Assembly (NCBI GenBank): GCA_035529595.1
Contig: DATKWK010000035.1
Location: 177,067-241,066, forward strand
From: Candidatus Bathyarchaeia archaeon
GTDB lineage: Bacteria; Patescibacteriota; Microgenomatia; PFEM01; JAFGMK01
Direction: 5' to 3'
Length of the DNA stretch: 64,000 bases
Part shown: one piece after another, positions 28,225 through 37,771 of the stretch
Layout of the letters: each line of letters begins with the position of its first letter
Numbering within the stretch: position 1 is the stretch's first letter
Program-made: the position numbers and the translations under genes
Notes under the pieces: generated by a model
What the model saw: the letters and a program-made list of their open reading frames with translations, nothing else
What the model was told of the DNA's origin: nothing
The model's database searches: none

Positions 28225-30566
28225 AAATATTTATTTTTTTTAAAGACGAGTAATCTCTTCAGAACAAGCAAACCGATGGTCAAAAAACTGGTTATAGTGA
28301 TCATCAATCCCCGATAATAAGATTGTGGCCGAAAAACAAATTTAACTTGATGACTCCCCGGTAAAATATCAACGGCACGGAAAATATTTTCGTATTTTTT
28401 GATACTTTGAGGCCGACCGTCAACCAAGACTTCCCAGCCGGGATAAAATACATCAGTTAAAACTAATTGCGACGGTTTGTCCGCTTTGGTTGCTAAATCG
28501 ATCTCATTTGGATAATAATTGACAATTTCAACAGCAGTCCTTTCACCGTTATCATCTAAAAAAGCCCGTGGGAGAACGGTCCGGTTCTCATATATTTTAA
28601 CATTCTTAATTTCCTTAACCAACCTATATTGAGGAAAATTGCCGATTTCGTTTATGGTTGAGGTAAAATTGGCATCGACAAGAAAATATTTAACCCCGAG
28701 CAAATCTAACCGAAAATCAGTCAATGGCAAAGAATCTACTTCATTGACATTGATTCTGCCGGTATCCTGGCTCATAAAATGAGCGTAATCCGACAAGACG
28801 AGATCACCGTAACCCATCGGAGTCGCCAATTGATGAAACAAGCCCCAATTCGGCGGCAAACTTCTCAAACGACTCTTGAGTTCGGTAAAATTCACCTGCT
28901 CGTCCGGGGTAAAGACCGAAGGGGCAAAGGGCGGACGCAAAGAAATATTTTCCCAGTAAACATTAAGACCGGTAAACGGCCAATAACCGGTGCTGCTGAT
29001 AAAACGATGGTAACCGTCCCCGACAAATTCGGCCACCGGTTGCTGATCATTGAGAACCGATGCTTTTATTGAAAAATAATTATTGCGGTTAAAGAGAAAC
29101 AGTTGATAAATAATAAGTAGAAAAATAATTACTCGAAAAAGCTTACTTCCTATTATTTTTCGCTGATACAGATATAGGCTGAGAAGAAAGCCGGTCAAAA
29201 TCGAGGAAGTAAGCAAGAGATGACTAACCAAAGCCTCAAAAATTGTCCGGTCAACATTAAAATTGTGAAACAGGCTTGTTTGAAGAGGTACTTTTCTGTA
29301 CCACCAATATACCTTTTCCAGCCAAGGGTAAAAAAGAACAAAAAGATTTTCCCTGATTAATAAAATTAAACCGAGAATTACGGTTGATATAAAACAGCCA
29401 ATAAGAAAACCATAAACCAATCGCCGAAGCTTATTTTTTTTGATTAAAGAATCAAAAGCAAGCCAACTGAAAGCGACTAAGACAGAAGCGGAAAAGTTAG
29501 TCACCAGTAAAATTTGCGTTGGCGACCGAAAGAGATTAAAGCCGGGGATAATTCTGCAAATCAGGCCATAAAGAGGCGTATACTTTCCCATTGCCAAAAC
29601 AATGCTAGTCAAAAATACTATGCTGAAAAAAATCACCGGAAAGTTTTTTTTAATTTTTGGTAAAGCCGTAAAAAGAATAAAAAGAGGAACTATACCGAAA
29701 TAGCCGGTATTATCAGCTACTAAACGATAAGCCGGTCCCCACGAGAAGCCTTTAACGGCCGCCCCGAAAAAAGAGGGAAAGAAAAATCGTATTAATAACA
29801 AAGGGTGCATCGACCAGGCAGTCAAATAGGAAAAATCTCCCGCTGGCCTGGTGGAACGATTGACTAACTCCATAAAGGGTAATAGTACAAAGGCCCCAAG
29901 ACCAAGAAAAAAACCTAAAAAAACTAAACCCCGTTTAACTTTTGCCGTAAAAGAAAGCCGGGGATAAAAAAAGAAATATAAAAACAAAAGGGTTAAAGTG
30001 TAAAAAGTCGGCTGTGGATGGCCGGAAACCAGCTGAAGTGAAGCGAATACAGCCAGAATGATCGGCCAAAACCCAGTTGCTTTGGATAAGACTTGCTCCC
30101 CCGCCAAAAAAATTAAAGGCAAGAAATAAGCACTGGATAATAATGAAATATTGTTAATAAAAGTCATCATTGTTGCTGAGAAGGCAAAAACAACTGCCCC
30201 TAAAGTAGCTGCAAATTCACCAACTTGCCATTTCTTCAGCAGTAAATAAGTAAAAACAGCCGCCAGAAAAACTTCCGTAATTGCCAGGCTTGTAAGAGCC
30301 CAGAGTGGGGGCAGAAAGAAAAAGAAAAAGTTTAACGGATTAAAAATCCCCAGACCAAAATCGCCAATCAGCGGAACCCCGGCAAAAAGATACGGGTTCC
30401 AGAGAGGCAGCCGGCCTTCTTTTAGTTGTCGGGTAAAAAAAGTAACAACAGGTAAGAAGAGGGAAAGGTTGTCGCCGAAATAAAAAACCTCACCTAAAAA
30501 AATATTTCTGAAAAAAAAGATTGTTACCAGTGTCAGTAAAAGAAATATTGGTTTAAACTTTCTCAT
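28221..30566 (-). CDS. YfhO-family polytopic membrane protein (GT-C fold glycosyltransferase)
   Basis: 781 aa; EVFYFGDNLSLFLPVVTFFTRQLKEGRLPLWNPYLFAGVPLIGDFGLGIFNPLNFFFF and C-terminal VFYPGWEVLVDGRPQSIKKYENIFRAVDILPGSHQVKFVFRPQSYY match the YfhO family. Start overlaps the stop of the upstream CsbB/DPM-like GT2 (ATGA). Confidence 0.65.
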   Translation of the reverse strand: MRKFKPIFLLLTLVTIFFFRNIFLGEVFYFGDNLSLFLPVVTFFTRQLKEGRLPLWNPYLFAGVPLIGDFGLGIFNPLNFFFFFLPPLWALTSLAITEVFLAAVFTYLLLKKWQVGEFAATLGAVVFAFSATMMTFINNISLLSSAYFLPLIFLAGEQVLSKATGFWPIILAVFASLQLVSGHPQPTFYTLTLLFLYFFFYPRLSFTAKVKRGLVFLGFFLGLGAFVLLPFMELVNRSTRPAGDFSYLTAWSMHPLLLIRFFFPSFFGAAVKGFSWGPAYRLVADNTGYFGIVPLFILFTALPKIKKNFPVIFFSIVFLTSIVLAMGKYTPLYGLICRIIPGFNLFRSPTQILLVTNFSASVLVAFSWLAFDSLIKKNKLRRLVYGFLIGCFISTVILGLILLIRENLFVLFYPWLEKVYWWYRKVPLQTSLFHNFNVDRTIFEALVSHLLLTSSILTGFLLSLYLYQRKIIGSKLFRVIIFLLIIYQLFLFNRNNYFSIKASVLNDQQPVAEFVGDGYHRFISSTGYWPFTGLNVYWENISLRPPFAPSVFTPDEQVNFTELKSRLRSLPPNWGLFHQLATPMGYGDLVLSDYAHFMSQDTGRINVNEVDSLPLTDFRLDLLGVKYFLVDANFTSTINEIGNFPQYRLVKEIKNVKIYENRTVLPRAFLDDNGERTAVEIVNYYPNEIDLATKADKPSQLVLTDVFYPGWEVLVDGRPQSIKKYENIFRAVDILPGSHQVKFVFRPQSYYRGLMITITSFLTIGLLVLKRLLVFKKNKYL

Positions 30567-31279
30567 GGAGAAAAATATTTCAGTTTCAAAAGAAGTCCGG
30601 CTGCTCTGACACCATCATACCAACTAATCTTTTTCCCTTTATCAAATGAACGTGCTTGATAATTAATCGGAACTTCGTAAATTGGTATTTTCTTTTTAAG
30701 GATCCGGACAGTGATCTCTGGCTCAAAATCAAACCGGAGCGATTGCCAATTAATACTCTGGATTAATTCTCGCCTGAATAATTTATAGGCGGTCTCCATA
30801 TCGGTTAGCCGGCTTCCAAATAGAACATTAGTTAAGGCGGTCAGGAACAGGTTTCCCAGTCGAAAAAAAGTGCTCATCTCCCGAACTTGCCCGGCAAACC
30901 TTGAACCGTAAACTACTTGAGCACCTTTCCTGTCGGCTACTTCAAGAAGCGTTATTATTTGCTTCGGCTCGTATTCCAGGTCGGCATCCTGAACGATGAC
31001 ATATTTACCCTGTGCAACTGCAACACCGGTTTTTATAGCTGCTCCCTTGCCTTTATTCCGGAGATGGCTGAAAACCCGGAACGGGAACTGAAACGAGAAT
31101 TGTTTCAAAACCCGGCCGGTCCCGTCAGTCGAACCGTCGTTGACAACGATAATCTCTTTTTCCAGCGGAAGACCGGCGACTGCTTCGATAACTTTCTTAA
31201 TCGTCCCCTCTTCGTTAAATACCGGAATTATAACTGAGAGTTTTAATGCCGATGAATTTTTTTTGTTAGCTGCAGCCAT
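30563..31279 (-). CDS. GT2 polyprenyl-phosphate glycosyltransferase (CsbB/GtrB/Dpm1-like)
   Basis: 238 aa; LSVIIPVFNEEGTIKKVIEAVAGLPLEKEIIVVNDGSTDGTGRVLKQ...VQDADLEYEP...GSRF...ETAYKLF pattern of Dpm1/CsbB-type synthases. Confidence 0.7.
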   Translation of the reverse strand: MAAANKKNSSALKLSVIIPVFNEEGTIKKVIEAVAGLPLEKEIIVVNDGSTDGTGRVLKQFSFQFPFRVFSHLRNKGKGAAIKTGVAVAQGKYVIVQDADLEYEPKQIITLLEVADRKGAQVVYGSRFAGQVREMSTFFRLGNLFLTALTNVLFGSRLTDMETAYKLFRRELIQSINWQSLRFDFEPEITVRILKKKIPIYEVPINYQARSFDKGKKISWYDGVRAAGLLLKLKYFSP

Positions 31280-32157
31280 GTTTTTTTGAAAATATTTTTT
31301 TCCGCTTCAATTCGACCCGAGAGAAACCAAAAACGGATTTCTTTGATTTTATCCTTAATCTCCTGATCCAACGCCGTCAGCAAAGAAGCAGTTTCCATCT
31401 CCGACGCCTTTTCTTTTTCCCAAATCTTGGCGTAAATTACCATTTCTTTAAAAGCCTGGAAAAGTGCTAAAATTAAACCTAGAACTCCATCTTGGAAGCC
31501 TTTTTCGGCAAAAAATCTTCTTAAAAATTCGTCAATCGGTTTTTTAATCAAATCGCTTAAGACGAACCGGTAACCGGCTTCTTGCAACTGGTTGGCTTCC
31601 AAGCTGGTGTAAAGATCAAATTTCAGCGGGCTTAAAAAATGGGAAACAGTCTCGTAATTATGATGGATTAAAGGATTTTTTAGAAAGCCGACTTGACCCT
31701 TAACCTGAACTTGCTCGTGAACTTTCTCTTGATAACGTGCCTGGTGGGTTTTAAATAAATGAAGTTGATAGTCAGGGTACCAGCCGCTATGCTTTACCCA
31801 ACGGCCGAAAATTAAGTTTTTTCGCGGAATTTGGAATCCGTCAAGATCTGTTTCCCTGATCGCCTCTTTGATTTCTTTAGCCAAGGCGGAGGAAACCTCC
31901 TCATCGGCATCAACCATTAAAACCCAATTACTTGCCACTTGCTTGAGGGCAAAATTACGCTGGGTAGCAAAATCATCAAGCGTTCTTCGCAGTATTCGAG
32001 CACCGGATTTTTCAGCAATTTTAACCGTCCCATCCGTTGAGTTATCATCAACCAGCAAAATCTTATCCGCAAATCGGAGGGATTTCAAACACCGGGGCAG
32101 GTTTTTTTCTTCGTTTTTGGTTATCACCACTGCCGTCAGATTCGCTATCTCAGTCAT
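31243..32157 (-). CDS. glycosyltransferase family 2 (paralog family A)
   Basis: 304 aa; LTAVVITKNEEKNLPRCLKSLRFADKILLVDDNSTDGTVKIAEKSGARIL...WVLMVDADEEV; third copy of this paralog family. Confidence 0.7.
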   Translation of the reverse strand: MTEIANLTAVVITKNEEKNLPRCLKSLRFADKILLVDDNSTDGTVKIAEKSGARILRRTLDDFATQRNFALKQVASNWVLMVDADEEVSSALAKEIKEAIRETDLDGFQIPRKNLIFGRWVKHSGWYPDYQLHLFKTHQARYQEKVHEQVQVKGQVGFLKNPLIHHNYETVSHFLSPLKFDLYTSLEANQLQEAGYRFVLSDLIKKPIDEFLRRFFAEKGFQDGVLGLILALFQAFKEMVIYAKIWEKEKASEMETASLLTALDQEIKDKIKEIRFWFLSGRIEAEKNIFKKTWLQLTKKIHRH

Positions 32158-32189
32158 TTTTACATTTTAACATTTATTTTCCCTTTGGG

Positions 32190-34151
32190 TTAAATTATTT
32201 TATATACTTTAACTCTGTCATTTGAATAGAACAATTCTAACTTATTTCCTAGATCAGCCTGCCAAGACTGGTCATCAACCAGGTAAATATATTTAATATG
32301 GCTTTCTTTCAAAAATTCATTAGCCAAAGAAGCGTCTGTGGTCATAAAAAAATTTTTCACCTTTGCCAATCTTTCTTCAAGCCCATAGTCCTGAATCAGG
32401 GCAGCAGTTTGATCCTCAAGATAAACCCGCCGGTTGGTGAAAAAAGAAACATAGGCAGCATTATAGTAAGATAACGGTACCGGAGCTGAAAAATGACTTT
32501 CTGACCCTGAGGCATAGGGGTAGGCCAAAATGACTTCACTCCTGCCGGAATTGTTTTCGACAAAACTCAAAGCGTCTTTTTCGCTTCGATCCAAAAGAGC
32601 AGTCGGAGTTTTTCCCCAGTGCCAACTGATTGTTTTCAGGCTGCCGGGAAGGGAAAAAAGAAGCAAAACTGAAACCATCACCGCTTTTAAGCTAACCGGT
32701 CTAATTTTTTTGATCAACCCATCAACGGTAAATGCTGTAAAAAATCCTGTTATAAAAATGGCGTAGTAGAAAAATTGAATCGTATTCCAGGGAAGATATT
32801 CTTGAATTAAAAATAGCGGCGGCAGCAAACCGGCCGCTAGAAGAATAACCAGCAGCAGGTCGATGATTTTTGGCCGAATCAATTTTTTAAATACTTCGAT
32901 TAAACCTAAACTCCTGACGCCCAAATTACCAATAATAAAGCAGGCCAAAGCAACTCCGTCGATAAGTAAGACGCCAAGCCGATTGCGGTAAAAAACATAA
33001 ACTTGACGCCTGAGTTCCCAGGAGACCCAATTCATCCGATCGCCTGCCTGGATCATAACCCTGACAAACCAAAAAGGCTGCCATTTCACCAAAGCGGTCG
33101 AGGTTTTATTCGAAGGAAGATAGACCACCAGTGCGGTAACCAGAGAAAATAAAGCGACTTTTAATAGATTAGTTTGCTTACTACTAACTTGCTGCCAAAG
33201 ACCAATAGCTAAAAGGGCCACCAAAACAATCAAACCACCGTAAACCTTAAATTCGATGATTGAGCCAAAAACCAGGGCTAAAATAGTTAAGCGTTTCAGA
33301 TTCCATTTCTTTTCCGCTTCAAATGACCAAAGAAGAAACAACCCCAGTACCAGAATGAGCAGGGAAAGATAAAAAGGCGGATTTTGCAGGCTGGTCGCCG
33401 GCTGCATTGCCCAAAAAGCAGTCTCCCAATTATCAGATCCGATACCGAAAAAAGGCAATAAAAAACCAAAACTTGAAGCAAAAGCGTTAAAGAAAACCGC
33501 CCAGCAGCCGACGGATTTCCTGCCCGACCAACGGCTGGCAAATATGTAAACCAGACTATTAAGTAAAAAGGCCAAAAATATAGGCAGATAACGGAAATAA
33601 AGATTAAGGATCGGAATCTTAGTCAGGCGGTAGGTTTCGGCCGCAAAAAGATCAAAAAAATAATGATAGTTTTTTAAAGTTTCTCCGGCAAAACCGGGAT
33701 TCTGACCGGGAAAATCCTGCGCCAGTTCCTGAATCAGAGTTGCGTGCCAAAGGCCATCATGACCGTGCACCCCCCAGAAGGCAATTCCTCCCTGATAATT
33801 GGTGCCGCTTTTAATCATCACCAAGCTTTGAAAAATGGAGCCGCCAAGAATAAGCAGAATAATTAGCCAATCAGTACTTGCGGGTTTTCTAAGAATCGGT
33901 TGCCATTTCCGCCGGAGGAAACAGAAACCGGCAAAAAATAAAAGCGGCCAAAGAAGAAAATTCAAATGGAGCCACCTCAAAACGAATGAAGCAAGAGTCA
34001 AAATAACTATACCCAAACTAAGAGCAACAACTGGCCTCTCAAATTCAGTCAATTTTACTTTTAGCCAACTTAAAACCAGTTCTCCCGGAGCAAATAGCAA
34101 AAAAAAGAAAAAGGAAAGGAATTTTACAATCGCCAAAAATTGACTTATCAT
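32190..34151 (-). CDS. large polytopic membrane protein of unknown family (putative GT-C-like), GHDGLWH...NYHYF motif
   Basis: 653 aa, more than 12 predicted TM helices; conserved block AFWGVHGHDGLWHATLIQELAQDFPGQNPGFAGETLKNYHYFFDLFAAE shared with the divergently encoded paralog 34248..36284. Confidence 0.45.
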   Translation of the reverse strand: MISQFLAIVKFLSFFFFLLFAPGELVLSWLKVKLTEFERPVVALSLGIVILTLASFVLRWLHLNFLLWPLLFFAGFCFLRRKWQPILRKPASTDWLIILLILGGSIFQSLVMIKSGTNYQGGIAFWGVHGHDGLWHATLIQELAQDFPGQNPGFAGETLKNYHYFFDLFAAETYRLTKIPILNLYFRYLPIFLAFLLNSLVYIFASRWSGRKSVGCWAVFFNAFASSFGFLLPFFGIGSDNWETAFWAMQPATSLQNPPFYLSLLILVLGLFLLWSFEAEKKWNLKRLTILALVFGSIIEFKVYGGLIVLVALLAIGLWQQVSSKQTNLLKVALFSLVTALVVYLPSNKTSTALVKWQPFWFVRVMIQAGDRMNWVSWELRRQVYVFYRNRLGVLLIDGVALACFIIGNLGVRSLGLIEVFKKLIRPKIIDLLLVILLAAGLLPPLFLIQEYLPWNTIQFFYYAIFITGFFTAFTVDGLIKKIRPVSLKAVMVSVLLLFSLPGSLKTISWHWGKTPTALLDRSEKDALSFVENNSGRSEVILAYPYASGSESHFSAPVPLSYYNAAYVSFFTNRRVYLEDQTAALIQDYGLEERLAKVKNFFMTTDASLANEFLKESHIKYIYLVDDQSWQADLGNKLELFYSNDRVKVYKII

Positions 34152-34207
34152 TTACCTTAAGCTTGAAAAACCGTTAATACCGATTCTACCACAATCCAGT
34201 TCCGCTT

Positions 34208-34238
34208 TTTGCATTCCGAAGAAAATTCAGGGTATAAT
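34208..34238 (+). promoter_or_regulatory. sigma70-like promoter (-35 TTTGCA, 19-nt spacer, -10 TATAAT) driving the plus-strand paralog, probably leaderless or short-leader
   Basis: TTTGCA at 34208-34213, TATAAT at 34233-34238, ATG at 34248. Located in the 57-nt divergent intergenic region 34152..34208. Confidence 0.4.
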
Positions 34239-34247
34239 TTGGCCATC

Positions 34248-36284
34248 ATGCAAAGCTCTTTTTCCATCCTTGTCAAAACGCTGCTTTATCTGCTGGTTTT
34301 TTTATTGCTTTCCGTTTTTACCTTTTACATCCCGGGCTGCCTGCTGATTGAGAAAATCAAGAAAAAATTACGCAGCGACGAAAAAATTACTCTGTCTTAC
34401 AGTATCGGTATCGTGCTTTTTTTGATCCTGGCCTGTGTCGCCGGTTTAGCAAAACTTAGATTTCTTTCACCCTTAATTCTGGTTCTGATAAACCTTTACG
34501 CTTTGAAAAAGTCAGGCCGGCGGTTTCTTTCTCCCTTCAGGCAAATCAGCAAAGAAAAATTTCTGATTCTTTTACTGCTTTTTTGCACCCTGGTGGAAGG
34601 TTTTATCAATTTTCCCAGCGGTTTCACCTACCCGAGCGGCCATCTTTATTGGAGTTCACAGGGGCATGACGGCTTATGGCACGTCGCGGTGATCGAGGCG
34701 ATAAAAAAACAATTTCCCCCGAATAATCCTCTTTATTCAGGCGGAAAACTTTACAATTATCACTATTTTACCGATGTAATTATGGCCGAGTTTGGACGGA
34801 TCTTTCCTTTTTTCTCGACCCTTGACCTGTATTTTCGGTTTTTTTCCTTCCTGATTTCGTTTTTAATTGGACTTTCGGCTTATTCCCTCCTAGTAACCTG
34901 GAAAAAAAGCAGGTCAATCGGCCTCATCGGCATCTTTTTTACCTACCTGGTAGGCAGTTTTGGCTATCTGGTGCTTCTGATTCAAAAAAGAGGCTTTTTT
35001 GGTGGTGAAACGATTTTTTGGGCCGCCCAAAGCAATACGATCATCGGTAATCCACCTCATGCTTTTTGTTATTTTTTACTGCCGGCTTTTTTCTTGGTTT
35101 TTCATTACTTTCTGGAAAAGAAAAGCGATTTTTTCTCTTTGCTGGCTTGTTTCCTGCTTGGTGGTTTCTTGGTCGGCTTTAAAGTCTCAGCTGCCTTTAT
35201 CCTCCTGACCGGTTTGGGCTTAACTGCAGTCTGGTTTTTTCTGACCCGAAAAAACAAAAAAATCATACTGCTGACACTTTTACTGGGCTTCTCAAACCTG
35301 CTTATTTTTAAACTAATCACTAAAAAAGGCGAGCTGTTTTTATTATTTTTACCCTGGTGGTTTATCCGGACAATGATCGTTGTCCCCGACCGGGTTAACT
35401 GGATCGATCTGGAACTAAGACGCCAGTTCTATCTGGACAGAGGCGGCTGGCGTTCGGTTCTGCGCATCATCCAATTTGAAACCACCGCTTTTCTAATTTA
35501 TCTTTTCGGAAATTTGGGAATGCGTTTTATCGGCTTCTTGGAAATAACCAGGGCCTTTTTAAAGAAAAGTATTTTCAAAAACCCCCTGGAAAGCAGCTTG
35601 TTTTTGACGATGTTAACCGGTTTTATCATGCCGATCTTTTTCGTTCAGAGAGGAGTCGCCTATAATTTAATTCAATTCATGCAATATTTCCTTCTTTTTT
35701 TCGGATTTTGGGCGGCTGCCAGTTTTCATTCAGTCCTATCTCTCTTCAAAAACAAGGCCATCAAGGTAGTCCTTTGGGGAATTCTAATTTCTCTTTCTGT
35801 ACCGACCGTGATCGGCAACCTGAAAGAATTCTACGGGAAAAACGCTTTGGCCAGAGTTTCCAACCAGGAAATTGAAGCTCTGAAATATATGCAGAAAAAC
35901 AGCACTGATCAGGATATTATTCTTACCTATCCCTTCAATCCCTACAGCCACGGGCAGTATCCACATCAACCCTGGCCGATTTACGCTTGGGAATCAACCG
36001 CTTACGTCAGCGCCTATACCGGCCGGCAGACCTATTGCACGAATGACGGCCAACTGCGGATATTGGCCATCGATCCGGAACCGAAACTGGAAATGATGAA
36101 AGCTTTTTTCAGCGAGAAAACAACTCTGGAGACCAAACAAGACTTTTTACAAAAAGAAAAAATCACTTATTTGTACCTAAGAAACGAAGAACTGACAGCT
36201 GATCTTGAAAAAACGTTGTCCCGGTTAAATCTTAAGCAAGTTTTTAAAAACGACGACGCCGTCATTTTTCACTTCGGGAGCTGA
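34248..36284 (+). CDS. large polytopic membrane protein of unknown family (paralog of 32190..34151)
   Basis: ORF track begins at a TTG at 34209. The ATG at 34248 (MQSSFSILVKTLLYLLVF...) lies 10 nt downstream of a TATAAT box. Shared block HLYWSSQGHDGLWHVAVIEAIKKQFPPNNPLYSGGKLYNYHYFTDVIMAE. 691/678 aa multi-TM. Confidence 0.45.
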   Translation: MQSSFSILVKTLLYLLVFLLLSVFTFYIPGCLLIEKIKKKLRSDEKITLSYSIGIVLFLILACVAGLAKLRFLSPLILVLINLYALKKSGRRFLSPFRQISKEKFLILLLLFCTLVEGFINFPSGFTYPSGHLYWSSQGHDGLWHVAVIEAIKKQFPPNNPLYSGGKLYNYHYFTDVIMAEFGRIFPFFSTLDLYFRFFSFLISFLIGLSAYSLLVTWKKSRSIGLIGIFFTYLVGSFGYLVLLIQKRGFFGGETIFWAAQSNTIIGNPPHAFCYFLLPAFFLVFHYFLEKKSDFFSLLACFLLGGFLVGFKVSAAFILLTGLGLTAVWFFLTRKNKKIILLTLLLGFSNLLIFKLITKKGELFLLFLPWWFIRTMIVVPDRVNWIDLELRRQFYLDRGGWRSVLRIIQFETTAFLIYLFGNLGMRFIGFLEITRAFLKKSIFKNPLESSLFLTMLTGFIMPIFFVQRGVAYNLIQFMQYFLLFFGFWAAASFHSVLSLFKNKAIKVVLWGILISLSVPTVIGNLKEFYGKNALARVSNQEIEALKYMQKNSTDQDIILTYPFNPYSHGQYPHQPWPIYAWESTAYVSAYTGRQTYCTNDGQLRILAIDPEPKLEMMKAFFSEKTTLETKQDFLQKEKITYLYLRNEELTADLEKTLSRLNLKQVFKNDDAVIFHFGS

Positions 36285-37755
36285 ATGAGTCTTTTAACAA
36301 CAAAACTCCCCTAAGTAAATTTTCCCGGGCGATCAAAAAAAGAGTCAGTGAATAAACCAAACCGCCACTGGCAATCAAGAAAAAGATAATCGGCCAACCG
36401 ATAAAACTCAGCCTATCGGTAACTACCCAAAGATAAGCACCCATCAGCAGACTTGAAAGCAGGGGTGGCCAGACAGTTTTTAAGACATTAATCTTAAAGT
36501 CTTTATAAACCAGATAAAAAACTATCAGTGAAGAAACCGGTATTAAACCTAAAGCCCAAGCAGCGCCAATAAAGCCGAATTTCACGGCCAACAGAGGAGT
36601 TAACACCCAAGTCAAAACAGTCCAGAGAATCATTAATTTAAATGTGATTTTGATCTTTCCGACCGCATTATAAACATTTGTTAAAGGAGTAGTGATCGCT
36701 CCCCAGGCAGCGTTAAAACAAAAAAGGCACAGGGGCAACAAAGCCGTTTCCCACTTCTGGTACTTGGGAATAATTCTCACCAGCGGGCCAGCCATTAAAG
36801 CCAGTCCCGTTAAAAGAGGAAAAGCCAAAACCGCAACGGAAAAAAGAGAAAACTCAAGCGCTTTTTTCAGACGGGTTTGATCTTGCTGCAGGCGGGAAAA
36901 GGCGGGAAAGGTTACTTTCATTACCGGATCCATCGCAAACCGCAGCGGCATTTGGGCCCATTTTTGCGCCCAACCTAAGATTCCCACACCGCTGACGCCG
37001 ATAATTCTCCACAAAAAAACATTCATCAAGCGATCTTTGATCACAGCCAGCAGCGTATTTGCTTGAAAAGGCAGGCCGAATTTTAGAAGCCGTTTGAGGC
37101 TTCGCAACTGGAAGGAAAAACCTATCGGCCAAGGAGAAATAAGATAAATCATCACCACGCCTGCCAAACCCCGGCATAAGACTGCCCAAGCATAACTGAT
37201 GACCCCGAATCCCCGCCAGGCTAAAAAAACAGACAGACCGTAAAAGATTAGCGTTTCTACCACTTCAATTAAAACTAAAAGATCAAAACGCAGCCTTCGC
37301 TCAAGCATTACCGAAGGAATAGTTTTCAAAGAAGCCAGAAAAAAGCCAGCCAAAAAGGCGCGCAGCAACCAGAGGCCGGCCGGACCGATTTGATAGAAAC
37401 GGGCAATCACGGGAGTCAAAATAAAAAAAGTGCCCACTGAAAGCAAGACAATTATTTCCTGGATGGTAAAAGTGCTTCTAATTTCTCTCTCGTCCGGTTT
37501 TTCTTTCTTCTGAATCAGAGCGGCTGCCAGGCCAATATCGGAAAAATATCCCAAAATTGCCACCAACTCAGAGACAGCAAAAAAAAGGCCGATTTCAGCC
37601 TGATTTAAAAAAACTGAGAGCAAAAAGAAGCCGAAGAAAGAAACGATCTGAAGTAAAAAAGTTCGGCCGGTTAAAGCCGCCATTCCCTTAACAGCCCGTT
37701 TTTTAGTCGCCTGAAAGCCGATTTCTTCTTGAATATGTTGGCGCGAATCAACCAT
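36262..37755 (-). CDS. MOP-superfamily polysaccharide flippase (Wzx-like)
   Basis: 497 aa, about 12-14 TM helices; N-terminal ...AVKGMAALTGRTFLLQIVSFFGFFLLSVFLNQAEIGLFFAVSELVAILGYFSDIGLAAALIQKKE typical of Wzx/O-antigen flippases. 23-nt convergent overlap with the plus-strand gene. Confidence 0.55.
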   Translation of the reverse strand: MVDSRQHIQEEIGFQATKKRAVKGMAALTGRTFLLQIVSFFGFFLLSVFLNQAEIGLFFAVSELVAILGYFSDIGLAAALIQKKEKPDEREIRSTFTIQEIIVLLSVGTFFILTPVIARFYQIGPAGLWLLRAFLAGFFLASLKTIPSVMLERRLRFDLLVLIEVVETLIFYGLSVFLAWRGFGVISYAWAVLCRGLAGVVMIYLISPWPIGFSFQLRSLKRLLKFGLPFQANTLLAVIKDRLMNVFLWRIIGVSGVGILGWAQKWAQMPLRFAMDPVMKVTFPAFSRLQQDQTRLKKALEFSLFSVAVLAFPLLTGLALMAGPLVRIIPKYQKWETALLPLCLFCFNAAWGAITTPLTNVYNAVGKIKITFKLMILWTVLTWVLTPLLAVKFGFIGAAWALGLIPVSSLIVFYLVYKDFKINVLKTVWPPLLSSLLMGAYLWVVTDRLSFIGWPIIFFLIASGGLVYSLTLFLIARENLLRGVLLLKDSFSSRSEK

Positions 37756-37771
37756 AAACCAATTAAAAAAA

